Positions 45,586 through 54,560 are shown, numbered from the stretch's first letter. The stretch is 64,000 bases of DNA from an uncultured Acidobacteriota bacterium (GCA_937898755.1 CALEJU010000036.1:214545-278544), one strand, 5' to 3'. Notes: generated by a model not told the origin, from the sequence alone. Numbers and translations are program-made.

Positions 45586-46494
45586 TCATCGCGGCACCAG
45601 GTAGGCGGCGGCCATCCCCAAATGCGACGCCATCATCATCAGGTACATCTGACGCCAGGCGGGATGGTTTTCGCCTGCCGTCACCAACTGTTGTGGATCC
45701 CGCACCAACAGCCGCCCCACCCACGCGCCCCAAACCAGCAGCACCAAGGCCAGTCCCACCAGAAACGTGCCATTGCCGCGCAGCCATCCTCGCGCGACTG
45801 CAATCAACACCAGCAGCCAGGGGAGCAGGAAAAAGGGCGCGATACACCAAGCGGCGCGCACCGGTCCCAGGACGATCGGTAGCGTGCGACATCCGTCCTC
45901 TGCATCGCCCTTCATGTCGGCAAAATCCTTGGTGGAGGTGGCCCCCAACAAAAACAGGAAAAAGACGGACCCGATGATCCACGGCTCCCATGTTCCCAGC
46001 ACCGAGCTGACCGCCGCCCATCCCGCCACTTTCAACAGTTCCCCACGGGTCGCCGCAATCGTGAGGTTGGCTCCCCACAGGCTGCGCTTGGTGCGAAACG
46101 GCGGGGCCGAGTAAAGAAAAGTCGCCGCTGCCGCCAAGGTATAGATGACTAGCGTCTGGCGGTTGACGCAGGCCGCCAAGCCCAACGCAGCGCCATAGCC
46201 CAGCAGCGTGATCAGCCATGCCGCCCGTACACTCAAAGCCCCACTCGGCAGCGGACGCTGCGGCTTGTTGATGCGGTCAATGTGCAGATCGCAGATCTGG
46301 TTCAGTCCATTGCTGGCCGCGTTCAAGACCCCGGCGGCCATCGCGGCCAGAAGAATCGCCCTCCAGGGCCAGCCCTGACGCGTGGCCCCATACGCGACCA
46401 AGGACCCCGATACGATGCCCACCACCGGCGGCAACAACGTGAAAGGGCGCGTAAACCGGGTGATCACCGCGAGCGTGGGCATGGCGTTGGTCAT
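45586..46494 (-). CDS. UbiA-family prenyltransferase (ChlG / homogentisate phytyltransferase / DGGGP-synthase-like subgroup)
   Basis: First Asp-rich motif NGLNQICDLHIDRINKPQRPLPSG. Second motif KDFADMKGDAEDGCRTLPIVLG. About 9 TM helices. Start is ATG 46494 or 46482. The track ORF is 45586..46521. Confidence 0.85.
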   Translation of the reverse strand: MTNAMPTLAVITRFTRPFTLLPPVVGIVSGSLVAYGATRQGWPWRAILLAAMAAGVLNAASNGLNQICDLHIDRINKPQRPLPSGALSVRAAWLITLLGYGAALGLAACVNRQTLVIYTLAAAATFLYSAPPFRTKRSLWGANLTIAATRGELLKVAGWAAVSSVLGTWEPWIIGSVFFLFLLGATSTKDFADMKGDAEDGCRTLPIVLGPVRAAWCIAPFFLLPWLLVLIAVARGWLRGNGTFLVGLALVLLVWGAWVGRLLVRDPQQLVTAGENHPAWRQMYLMMMASHLGMAAAYLVPR

Positions 46495-46568
46495 TGAAAC
46501 CGAAGCCCGCGCCGGCAGCATCCAGGGCGGACGCTGACACAGGCCTCCAGTTTCGTTACTTTGGAAGT

Positions 46569-47396
46569 ATGCCGGAACTGCCCGAAGTCGAAACCGTAGT
46601 GCGCAGTTTGCGCCAGGCTTTATTGGGAGCCGTCATTGAAGCCGTCGAGGTGCGCCATGCCGGTATTCTGCGTTCCGCCCCCGCGGCCAGCTTCCTCGCA
46701 GTCGAAAATGCACGCATTCGCAACGTGGAACGCGCCGGCAAATTCATTCTCCTCGAACTGACAGGCCGCACAGTCAACATGCACCTTGTGCTGCATCTTG
46801 GCATGACCGGTCAGCTCCTCGTCGTGGTCGATGACGCTCCCCGGGCCAAACATACCCATGCCATTTTTCAGATTCGCGGCGGCCGGCAATTGCGGTTTGT
46901 GGATCCGCGCCGCTTTGGGCGGCTGGACCTGGCCATCGGAGGCACCAGGACTCTCCGGATGCAGCAGCTCGGCATTCCTGTCGGACACGAGCCGCTGACC
47001 ATCTCTGCAGAGGACTTCGTGGCGTTGTTTCGCAAGCGGAGCGCTCCCATTAAGAACGCTCTGCTCAATCAGAACCTCTTGCGTGGGCTCGGCAATATTT
47101 ATGCGGATGAGAGTCTGTTTCGCGCTGGCATCCACCCGCGCGCTCATCACCTCTCCGCCCCTCGTCTGCTCCGGCTGCGTCTGGCGGTGCGCCATATCCT
47201 GCAGCAGGCCATCCGAGCGGGCGGTTCGTCAATCTCCGATTACGTCTCCAGCGACGGCACCCGCGGCTGGTTTCAATTGCATCACCGCGTCTATGGGCGC
47301 ACCGGGCTTCCCTGCGTGCGCTGCCGCGGGCCGATCCGGCGTCTGGTATTAGCGGGACGGAGTGCCCATTTCTGCCCCCATTGCCAGATGCGCTGA
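46569..47396 (+). CDS. mutM: Formamidopyrimidine-DNA glycosylase (Fpg/MutM)
   Basis: The internal ATG at 46569 gives the invariant N-terminus MPELPEVETV. H2TH region and C-terminal zinc finger (CVRCRGPIRRLVLAGRSAHFCPHCQ). Confidence 0.93.
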   Translation: MPELPEVETVVRSLRQALLGAVIEAVEVRHAGILRSAPAASFLAVENARIRNVERAGKFILLELTGRTVNMHLVLHLGMTGQLLVVVDDAPRAKHTHAIFQIRGGRQLRFVDPRRFGRLDLAIGGTRTLRMQQLGIPVGHEPLTISAEDFVALFRKRSAPIKNALLNQNLLRGLGNIYADESLFRAGIHPRAHHLSAPRLLRLRLAVRHILQQAIRAGGSSISDYVSSDGTRGWFQLHHRVYGRTGLPCVRCRGPIRRLVLAGRSAHFCPHCQMR

Positions 47397-47495
47397 TGGC
47401 TGGGGGCGCTGCGACCGCCTGCAGGAATTTCGCAGACCGCCGGCAATCGCGGCTCAACTGGAGCCGACTCGGCGGGTGCCTCGCAAGGATACGAG

Positions 47496-49244
47496 TCAGG
47501 CATGGGCGCGTAGCAACTCCGCGGCATGTTTCCGCGCGGTGGTGTTCTGCGCATCGCCGGCCAACATGCGGGCGACTTCCTCGACGCGCGCCGCGGCATC
47601 CAGCACCAGCACCTCGGTTAGAGCCCGCCCTGCGCGCACCCGCTTCTCAACGCGCAGGTGATGCTGCGCGAAGCTGGCAATCTGGGGCAAGTGCGTGACG
47701 CACAGCACCTGCTGGCGCTGTCCAAGCTGGCGCAGCTTGCGCCCCACGCATTCCGCCGCCTGTCCTCCAATGCCGGCGTCAATCTCGTCAAACACCACGG
47801 TGCGCATCGGAACGGCAGTCGCCGCAACCCGTCGTCCGGCGCGTTCACGTGCCCCCTCCCGGGCGGCCTCAATGACCACTTGCAGGCCGAGCAGCACGCG
47901 TGCCAGTTCACCGCCGGAGGCCACCTGGTGGACCGGTCGCAGCGGTTCTCCGGGATTGGTCGCAACCAGGAACCGCACCTGATCCCAGCCGTGTCCTGTC
48001 CAAACCTCTTCCCCGGCCGGGGGTTGGAATTCGACCTCGAAACGAATCCTCATAGCGAGGTCGGAGACTTCTTTTTCCACGGCGCGCGCCAGTTTCGCCG
48101 AGGCTTGGTGGCGCTGCGCGCTGAGACGCTCGGCACATTCGGCGTAGCGCCGCGCCGTCTCCTCCAGCCGCGCTCGCGCCTCGGCCAGGTACACCTCGGA
48201 GCGATCCACCGCATCCAGCTTGCCCCGCGTCTCGTCCCAGTGCTGCAGCACATCTTCCAGGCCCGGTCCGTACTTGCGCTTCATGCGGTCGAGGACGGCG
48301 AGACGCTCCTCCACCTCGGCCAGGCGTTCCGGCGCGGCATCCTCCATCCGCGTCCAGCCGCGCAACTCCGCGGCGATGTCTTCCAGTTCCGTGCGCAGCG
48401 CTTCCAGCCGCGGCAGCAGGAGCGCCGCTCCATCCACCAGCCGCGCCAGCTCCTGTACCTGGCGCACCGCCGCCTTCAGCCCGCTTCCCGCCGCTTCAGG
48501 AGCGTCATAGAGCGCCTCGTAGGCTCCCCGCGCCGCCGCCAGAACCTTCTCCATATTGGCGAGGCGGCGGTGTTCGCTCTCCAGCACACCGTCCTCGCCC
48601 GGCTTGGGCTGCGCCGTCTCCAGTTCACCCAATTGGAATCGCCATAGATCCGCTTCCTGCAACTTCCGCTGATCCTGCCGCTCCAGCTCCAGCACCTGCT
48701 CGCGGGCCTGCCGCCAAGAGGCGTAAAGATCGGCGATGGGATTCGCCCCCTCGAGACTTCCGGTAAAGCGGTCGAGCAATTCCAGTTGTGCCGCCGGCGT
48801 GAACGCCACTAGAACTTCGTTCTGCGAATGCACCTCAGCCAGCAGGGGCGCCACCTCCCGCAGCAGTCCCACTGTCACCGGCTGCTGGTTGACAAAGACG
48901 CGACCCTTGCCCCCGGCCGCCACCTCGCGGCGCACGATGACTTCCAGCAGTTCTTCAGCTCCGTCCGGGCTGATCACGCCACTCTCGGCCAGTCGCCGCG
49001 CCAGCTCCCGGCGCAAAGTCGGGCCGGCGGACTCCAGCGTGAAGACCCCGGTAATACTGGCGCGTTCCGCCCCTGTCCGGACCGCCCCCGCATCCGCCTT
49101 ATCGCCCAGCAGCAGCCCAAGGGCATCCACGACAATGGACTTGCCGGATCCGGTCTCACCAGTCAAGACGTTGAACCCGGGCCCGAACTCCACCGTGGCA
49201 CGGTCCACCACGGCATAGTTTTCGATTTGCAGCCGCTGCAGCAC
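47496..49244 (-). CDS. recN: DNA repair protein RecN
   Basis: 582 aa with GTG start. Walker A (GETGSGKS), long coiled-coil region, and C-terminal signature and Walker B (SGGELARVLLGL...VFDEIDAGIGG). Confidence 0.95.
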   Translation of the reverse strand: MLQRLQIENYAVVDRATVEFGPGFNVLTGETGSGKSIVVDALGLLLGDKADAGAVRTGAERASITGVFTLESAGPTLRRELARRLAESGVISPDGAEELLEVIVRREVAAGGKGRVFVNQQPVTVGLLREVAPLLAEVHSQNEVLVAFTPAAQLELLDRFTGSLEGANPIADLYASWRQAREQVLELERQDQRKLQEADLWRFQLGELETAQPKPGEDGVLESEHRRLANMEKVLAAARGAYEALYDAPEAAGSGLKAAVRQVQELARLVDGAALLLPRLEALRTELEDIAAELRGWTRMEDAAPERLAEVEERLAVLDRMKRKYGPGLEDVLQHWDETRGKLDAVDRSEVYLAEARARLEETARRYAECAERLSAQRHQASAKLARAVEKEVSDLAMRIRFEVEFQPPAGEEVWTGHGWDQVRFLVATNPGEPLRPVHQVASGGELARVLLGLQVVIEAAREGARERAGRRVAATAVPMRTVVFDEIDAGIGGQAAECVGRKLRQLGQRQQVLCVTHLPQIASFAQHHLRVEKRVRAGRALTEVLVLDAAARVEEVARMLAGDAQNTTARKHAAELLRAHA

Positions 49245-49432
49245 GAGGCAAGCATAGCAGCCGACCCGAAGGACGCCTGGTCGTCACCTTTTCCGCGTCT
49301 CGGCAATGCTTCTGCGGCAGGCATATGCGGCTCTAGGCCGTCCCTCGTCTCTCGCTTCTCGTCGATACCGCTGTGATACTTTAAGAACTTGAGCGCACTT
49401 CAGATCAACGCCATCCAGGGGGGGCTACGGCT

Positions 49433-50086
49433 CTGCCCGAACTGATCCAAAACATCGGCCTGATCGCCAAGGTCGTCCTGGGAATCCTGCTGCTGTTTTC
49501 CCTTCTGTCCTGGACCATCATCCTGCGCAAGTGGAGCACGTTCCGCCGCGCGCGTTTGCAATCCGACCGCTTCCTGCGCGCCTTCCGCAAGAGCCAACGG
49601 CTGGCCGAGATCCATGCCGTCTGCGACTCGTTCCGACCCAGCCCGCTGGTGCCCATCTTCGAGGCGGGCTATAGCCAGTTTCTGAAGCAAGGCTCCATCC
49701 CGGGAAGCCACGGTACGGAGAACGTCAGCCGCACCTTGCAGTCAGCCACTCTGCAGCAGGTCGGCGGGTTGGAGTCTCGCCTGACCTGGCTGGCCACCAC
49801 CGCGGCGGCATCCCCCTTCATCGGCCTCTTCGGCACCGTGTGGGGCATCATGGACGCCTTCCACGGTTTGGGCACCGAAGGGGCAGCGACGCTGCGCGCC
49901 GTGGCCCCCGGCATCTCGGAGGCGCTGGTCACCACCGCCGCCGGGCTGTTTGTGGCCATTCCGGCGCTCATCGCCTACAACGTCTTTGTCAACCATGTGA
50001 AGGAGCTGGCGGCGCGGGCCGACGAGTTCAGCTTGGAGTTCACCAACCTCGCCGACGACTCCCGCGCCCGTTCCGCGAACCCCTGA
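49433..50086 (+). CDS. tolQ: Tol-Pal system protein TolQ (MotA/TolQ/ExbB family); start codon unresolved (CTG 49433 proposed)
   Basis: The track ORF starts at TTG 49556, after the first TM helix. The frame is open from 49385 and encodes ..LPELIQNIGLIAKVVLGILLLFSLLSWTIILRKW.., which is the canonical TolQ TM1, with no ATG, GTG or TTG in that stretch. CTG 49433 lies 8 nt after an AGGGGGGG tract. C-terminal motifs are FIGLFGTVWGIM and PGISEALVTTAAGL. Confidence 0.8.
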   Translation: MPELIQNIGLIAKVVLGILLLFSLLSWTIILRKWSTFRRARLQSDRFLRAFRKSQRLAEIHAVCDSFRPSPLVPIFEAGYSQFLKQGSIPGSHGTENVSRTLQSATLQQVGGLESRLTWLATTAAASPFIGLFGTVWGIMDAFHGLGTEGAATLRAVAPGISEALVTTAAGLFVAIPALIAYNVFVNHVKELAARADEFSLEFTNLADDSRARSANP

Positions 50087-50117
50087 TCCGCGCCAGCCGC
50101 GCCGGAGGGCACACTGC

Positions 50118-50531
50118 ATGGCGTTTGCAAGTCGCAATGGACGCACTCAAAGCTCTCTCGCCGATATCAACATCACGCCCTTGGTAGACGTGGTGTTGGT
50201 GCTGCTGGTCATCTTCATGATCACGGCCCCGGTCATTCAATCAGGGATTGACGTCAGCGTCCCCAAGACCCGCACCGTCCAGCAATTAACCGAGGAGCGC
50301 CTCGTCGTCACCGTAGACCGCAACAGCAACGTCTATCTGGGCGATCAGCTGGCCAATCTCCATAGCCTCTCCGGCGAATTGAAGAAGCGCCTGCTCGATC
50401 CCGCGCGGCAGGATATTTACGTGCGCGCCGATGAGCGCGTGCCGTGGGGTGCGCTCTGCCAGGTCATGGACGCCATCAAACAAGGTGGCCTGAACAAGGT
50501 CAGCCTGGTGACCGAACCTTATAGCCACTGA
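50118..50531 (+). CDS. tolR: Tol-Pal system protein TolR (ExbD/TolR family)
   Basis: 137 aa. ADINITPLVDVVLVLLVIFMITAP, with the conserved Asp in the TM helix. Confidence 0.9.
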   Translation: MAFASRNGRTQSSLADINITPLVDVVLVLLVIFMITAPVIQSGIDVSVPKTRTVQQLTEERLVVTVDRNSNVYLGDQLANLHSLSGELKKRLLDPARQDIYVRADERVPWGALCQVMDAIKQGGLNKVSLVTEPYSH

Positions 50532-50544
50532 AGCCGCACCGCCT

Positions 50545-51381
50545 ATGTTGCCCCGCCTCCAGCCTGCCCCCTCGGCCGCGCCCTACGGCGTGGAGGAGGA
50601 ACCGTTGCTGGGCAGCTTGCTGGCCTCTAGTCTGTTGCACGCCGGCTTGCTCTTTCTGCTCCTCTTCGGCGCGCGGCTGATTCCAGGGCTCATTCTCGGG
50701 GGCACGCATCTCGGCGGCGCCGGTGCCGGCACGATCAACGCACAACTGGTCTCCGCAGTTCCCGGAGGCGCCGTGCCGATGCCCGCTCCCGTGGATACTC
50801 CCACCCAGAACCGCTTGGCCAACGACAACCCAGGAACCACCATCAGCCAACCGCGCCCCGCCGCCCGCCCGCCCGCCGATGCCGTGACGCTACCGTCCCG
50901 CCGGAAACCCGACCCCAAACTGGCGCAACAACAGGCGCTCCGCGCCCTCGATCAATTGGCAGTGGCTGATCGTCACAAGCCCGACAACCGCGTCGCGTAC
51001 GGGCAGGGAGGCGCTGCCTCGTTTGACTACAGCATGACCTCCGGAGTCGGCGGCAACGGTGGCATGGCCTTTGGCGACGCCAGCTTCGGTAACCTCTACG
51101 CCGCTTACGTCAACCACCTTCGCGATCGCCTCGCCTTCTTCTGGAATCGCGAATACCGCGATCCCTCCCTGCCCGCCGGCCGCCTAGTCTACGTCCGCTT
51201 CAACGTGGATCGCAGCGGTCGCATTACTAATATCGGCTTCGCCCAGCCCAGCAATGTTCCGGCCTTGGACAGCCGCGCCCTGCACGCCGTGCAGGTCCTG
51301 GCAGAAACGGAAAGGCTGCCGCTCCCGTCCGACTACCCGCGTTCCAGTCTGGACGTGCGGGTGTCCTTTGCCCTGCAATAA
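50545..51381 (+). CDS. TonB/TolA-family energy-transducer protein in the TolA position
   Basis: 278 aa. N-terminal TM anchor (LLGSLLASSLLHAGLLFLLLF), Pro-rich linker and a TonB_C-like C-terminal domain (GRLVYVRFNVDRSGRITNIGFAQPSNVPALDSRALHAV). Confidence 0.75.
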   Translation: MLPRLQPAPSAAPYGVEEEPLLGSLLASSLLHAGLLFLLLFGARLIPGLILGGTHLGGAGAGTINAQLVSAVPGGAVPMPAPVDTPTQNRLANDNPGTTISQPRPAARPPADAVTLPSRRKPDPKLAQQQALRALDQLAVADRHKPDNRVAYGQGGAASFDYSMTSGVGGNGGMAFGDASFGNLYAAYVNHLRDRLAFFWNREYRDPSLPAGRLVYVRFNVDRSGRITNIGFAQPSNVPALDSRALHAVQVLAETERLPLPSDYPRSSLDVRVSFALQ

Positions 51382-51388
51382 AACTGCC

Positions 51389-52768
51389 ATGAACGGACCC
51401 ATCCCTTGCCCGCCACCACTCCCCCTTGTCCCGACGCCGGCGCGCCTGCGGCGCCGACTGGCCACCGGTTTGCTATTCCTGCTCGCCCTGCCCCTGCTGC
51501 ATGCCCAGGCTAATATCAGCATTCGCAGTAGCAAGAAGCTGCGGCTCGCGCTGCCGGAATTCGCCTTGACCAGCGGCGACCCTGCTGCGGCAAGCCTGGA
51601 ACGTGCCTTTCACGACGTACTGCACAACGACCTCGACCAGTCTGGTCTGGTCGCGATGGTGAGTCCCAGCACGTATCCGCTTGAGTCACCCGCCAAACCC
51701 GCCGCCTTGGACCAGGCCAAGGTGGCCGGCTGGGCCAACCCTCCCACCTCGGCTGAGCGCCTCGTGTTCGGCAATCTGCGCGTCAATGGCAACGTGTTGC
51801 AGGTCGAGGGCTACCTCTATGACGTCACCCAACCCAGCGCCGCCTTTTTGCTGGGCAAACGCTATGCCGACCAACCCACCGAAGCGGCCGCTCGTGTCAT
51901 GGCGCATCAGTTTGCCGACGCCATCATCGAAAAACTGGGCGGCGGACCCGGCATCGCCAGTTCCCGCATCGTCTTCATCAGCAATCGCTCCGGCAGCAAA
52001 GAGGTCTGGGGCATGGACTATGACGGCGCCAACCAGCAGCAGATCACCACGTTGGCTTCCATTGCCTACTCCCCACGCCTCTCGCCCGACGGTACCAAGC
52101 TGGCTTTCATTAGCTATGTCTCCGGCACCCCGCAGATCAAGATTTACGACTTGTTGACACGGCATTACCTCCCGTTCCCCGAATTTGCCGGAACCAATAT
52201 CACGCCGGCTTGGTCGCCGGATGGCCGTAAACTGGCCTTTGCCTCCTCCATGTCCGGCGATATGGAGCTCTACGTCATTGACGCCACTGGCGGGACGCCG
52301 CGGCGGCTCACCTTCTCCAAAGGCAACGATCTCGCCCCCGTCTGGAACCCCAAAACCGGGGCCCAAATCGCCTTTGTCAGTGACCGCACCGGCTCCCCAC
52401 AGATCTATGTCATGGACGCCGACGGGACCAACCAGCAACGCCTGACCACGGGCGGCTATGCCGTTTCCCCCTCCTGGTCCCCCAACGGCCAGTTGCTGGC
52501 CTTCTCGTGGCGCCGAATGGGTGGCGGCGAGAACAGTGGCGAGTTCGATATCTATTTCATGGAGTTGGCCTCGCGCAACATCGAGCAACTCACGCATAAT
52601 GGCCTGCGGAACGATTATCCCAGTTGGGCCCCGGATGGACGCCACGTGGTGTTCCAGTCCGGATCGCCCTCCAGGCCCCAGTTGTTCACCGTCACCGCCG
52701 ACGGCTCCAACCCGACGCGGCTGACAAATACGGCGGCGAACGAAATGCCCAACTGGTCATTTCATTAG
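51389..52768 (+). CDS. tolB: Tol-Pal system beta-propeller protein TolB
   Basis: Internal ATG at 51389, 7 nt after the preceding stop. Signal peptide, TolB N-terminal domain and repeated PD40 blades (SPDGTKLAF, SPDGRKLAF, NPKTGAQIAF, SPNGQLLAF, APDGRHVVF). Confidence 0.92.
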   Translation: MNGPIPCPPPLPLVPTPARLRRRLATGLLFLLALPLLHAQANISIRSSKKLRLALPEFALTSGDPAAASLERAFHDVLHNDLDQSGLVAMVSPSTYPLESPAKPAALDQAKVAGWANPPTSAERLVFGNLRVNGNVLQVEGYLYDVTQPSAAFLLGKRYADQPTEAAARVMAHQFADAIIEKLGGGPGIASSRIVFISNRSGSKEVWGMDYDGANQQQITTLASIAYSPRLSPDGTKLAFISYVSGTPQIKIYDLLTRHYLPFPEFAGTNITPAWSPDGRKLAFASSMSGDMELYVIDATGGTPRRLTFSKGNDLAPVWNPKTGAQIAFVSDRTGSPQIYVMDADGTNQQRLTTGGYAVSPSWSPNGQLLAFSWRRMGGGENSGEFDIYFMELASRNIEQLTHNGLRNDYPSWAPDGRHVVFQSGSPSRPQLFTVTADGSNPTRLTNTAANEMPNWSFH

Positions 52769-52835
52769 CCTGCCGACCCCCGGTCCCGCATCGCGGCGAT
52801 CTGTTCGAGCCGGCGATTCCCGAAGGAGAATGCAG

Positions 52836-53588
52836 ATGAGATACGTGAACGCAAGTCAATTCCGGCTGATCTTGGCTGGCACGGTGCTGACCTTGGCCGT
52901 GGGTTGCCACAAAAAACCCCAGCCCCCCATCCTGCCCCCGGCACCCGCCACGCCGGCTGGCCCCGCCATCGTGCCGACCGTGACGATCCAAGCCAACCCA
53001 ACCGCGATTCAACGCGGCCAGAGCACGCTGCTCTCCTGGAACTCGGAACACGCGGTCACTCTCGAGTTGAACGGGCGCCGCGTCAATCTCACCGGCAGTC
53101 AACAGGTCGCGCCCCAGGAATCGACCGATTACACGGCGTTGGTGCGCGACAGCAATGGCGCTACGGCCAACGCCAGCGTGCGGGTCACCGTAACCGAGCC
53201 GCCCGCCCCGGTTTCCCCGCATCCCACCTCCGAAGATCTCGGTCAGAGCTTCGACACCAATGTCAAGGATGTCTTCTTCGACTACGATCAATCCGGCCTG
53301 CGCGCCGACGGCGAGGCCGCCCTCCGTCAGGACGCCGATTACCTCAAGGCCCATCCCAACCTCAGCATCGTCATCGAAGGACACTGTGACGAGCGCGGGA
53401 GCGCCGAGTACAACATCGCCCTCGGCGACCGGCGTGCCAATGCCGTCCGCGATTACCTTGTCCAACTGGGAGTGGATGGCAGCCGCGTCAAGACCGTCAG
53501 CTATGGCAAGGAAAAGCCGTTCTGTGCCGAAAGCAACGAGGAGTGCTGGCAGCAGAACCGTCGCGCCCATCTGGCCCGCGGTCAATAA
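52836..53588 (+). CDS. pal: Peptidoglycan-associated lipoprotein Pal (OmpA family) with extra N-terminal Ig-like domain
   Basis: Lipobox LTLAVGC. OmpA_C domain (FFDYDQSGLR...IEGHCDERGSAEYNIALGDRRANAV...YGKEKP). ATG 52836 has better GGAG spacing than ATG 52830. An insert of about 110 aa lies between the lipobox and the OmpA domain. Confidence 0.9.
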   Translation: MRYVNASQFRLILAGTVLTLAVGCHKKPQPPILPPAPATPAGPAIVPTVTIQANPTAIQRGQSTLLSWNSEHAVTLELNGRRVNLTGSQQVAPQESTDYTALVRDSNGATANASVRVTVTEPPAPVSPHPTSEDLGQSFDTNVKDVFFDYDQSGLRADGEAALRQDADYLKAHPNLSIVIEGHCDERGSAEYNIALGDRRANAVRDYLVQLGVDGSRVKTVSYGKEKPFCAESNEECWQQNRRAHLARGQ

Positions 53589-53604
53589 CGACAACCCCTG
53601 CAGT

Positions 53605-53630
53605 CCGGGCGGCCGGCATCAGCCGCCCGG
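53605..53630 (+). terminator. GC-rich hairpin between pal and ybgF (attenuator or weak terminator)
   Basis: CCGGGCGG-N10-CCGCCCGG, 16 nt after the pal stop. No strong U-tract. Confidence 0.3.
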
Positions 53631-53666
53631 GCTCGCTGTCATTCTGGTGCCCATTCCCGAGGCGTC

Positions 53667-54560
53667 ATGCTGAAACGTACTCTTTCCGTTGCTGCCTTGC
53701 TCGCGCTCCTGACCGCGCCCTCGTTCGCCGTCTCCAAGGAAATGGTCCAGCTGCAACAGCAGGTTGCCCTGCTCATGGCGCAAGTCCAGGACCTGCAAAA
53801 ACTATTCGTCTCCGAAACGGCGGTGGTGAAGAGCCTCATCACCCAGGACACCGATACGGTCAACAAGATGACCCTGCAAATCGGCGGCCTGCAGCAAACA
53901 CTGGCCAGCCAGGCGACCGCCATGGCCGACCAGCAGAGTAAAAGCGCGCAGCAGGCCCAGAGCCTGCAGGATTCCATTGACGAGCTGCGGGCCCGGCTCA
54001 ACAAGATGGGTGAACTGCTGCAGCAGATCCAACAAGCGCAGCAGAACATTCCCGCCACCAATCCTGCTCCCGCCCCCGGCACCGCCTCCAATGCCGCCCC
54101 GGCCTCGACCAGCCCGCCGGGTGTCACCAGCTCGGTGCTCCCCCCCGACCAGCTCTTCCGCAATGCCTATGCTGATTACATCTCCGGTTCCTATCCCCTG
54201 GCGCGGGCCGAGCTACAGCAGTTCTTGGAGGCCTACCCCAACGATGACCACGATGCCGAAGGGGCGTACTACCTGGGAGACATTTACGCTCGTGAACACA
54301 ATTACGACAAGGCGGTGCAGCTGTTCAACGTCGTCCTTGACCGTTTCCCATCTTCCCGGCTGAGCGCCGCCGCGCAATTGCGCAAAGCTTTGGCGTTGGT
54401 GGCTTCCGGCAAACGGGCCGCCGGAGTGCGGGAATTCCAGAACCTCATCGAGCACCATCCCGGATCACAAGAAGCCAAGCAAGCCCGCGAGGAACTCAAC
54501 GTCCTCGGCGTCACATCCCGCCGCCCGGTCGCCCGACCGGGCCGCCATCCGCGCCGTTAA
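53667..54560 (+). CDS. ybgF: Tol-Pal system protein YbgF/CpoB
   Basis: 297 aa. Signal peptide, Gln-rich coiled coil (VQLQQQVALLMAQVQDLQ...) and a C-terminal TPR domain (AEGAYYLGDIYAREHNYDKAVQLFNVVLDRFP). Confidence 0.85.
   Translation: MLKRTLSVAALLALLTAPSFAVSKEMVQLQQQVALLMAQVQDLQKLFVSETAVVKSLITQDTDTVNKMTLQIGGLQQTLASQATAMADQQSKSAQQAQSLQDSIDELRARLNKMGELLQQIQQAQQNIPATNPAPAPGTASNAAPASTSPPGVTSSVLPPDQLFRNAYADYISGSYPLARAELQQFLEAYPNDDHDAEGAYYLGDIYAREHNYDKAVQLFNVVLDRFPSSRLSAAAQLRKALALVASGKRAAGVREFQNLIEHHPGSQEAKQAREELNVLGVTSRRPVARPGRHPRR

Noticed and set aside
49389-49445. Short frame-0 ORF (TTG 49389, MSALQINAIQGGLRLCPN*) upstream of tolQ, considered as a separate small gene
   Set aside because: It is too short, has no SD and overlaps the open tolQ frame. 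It is only relevant as the alternative frameshift explanation described in the tolQ finding.
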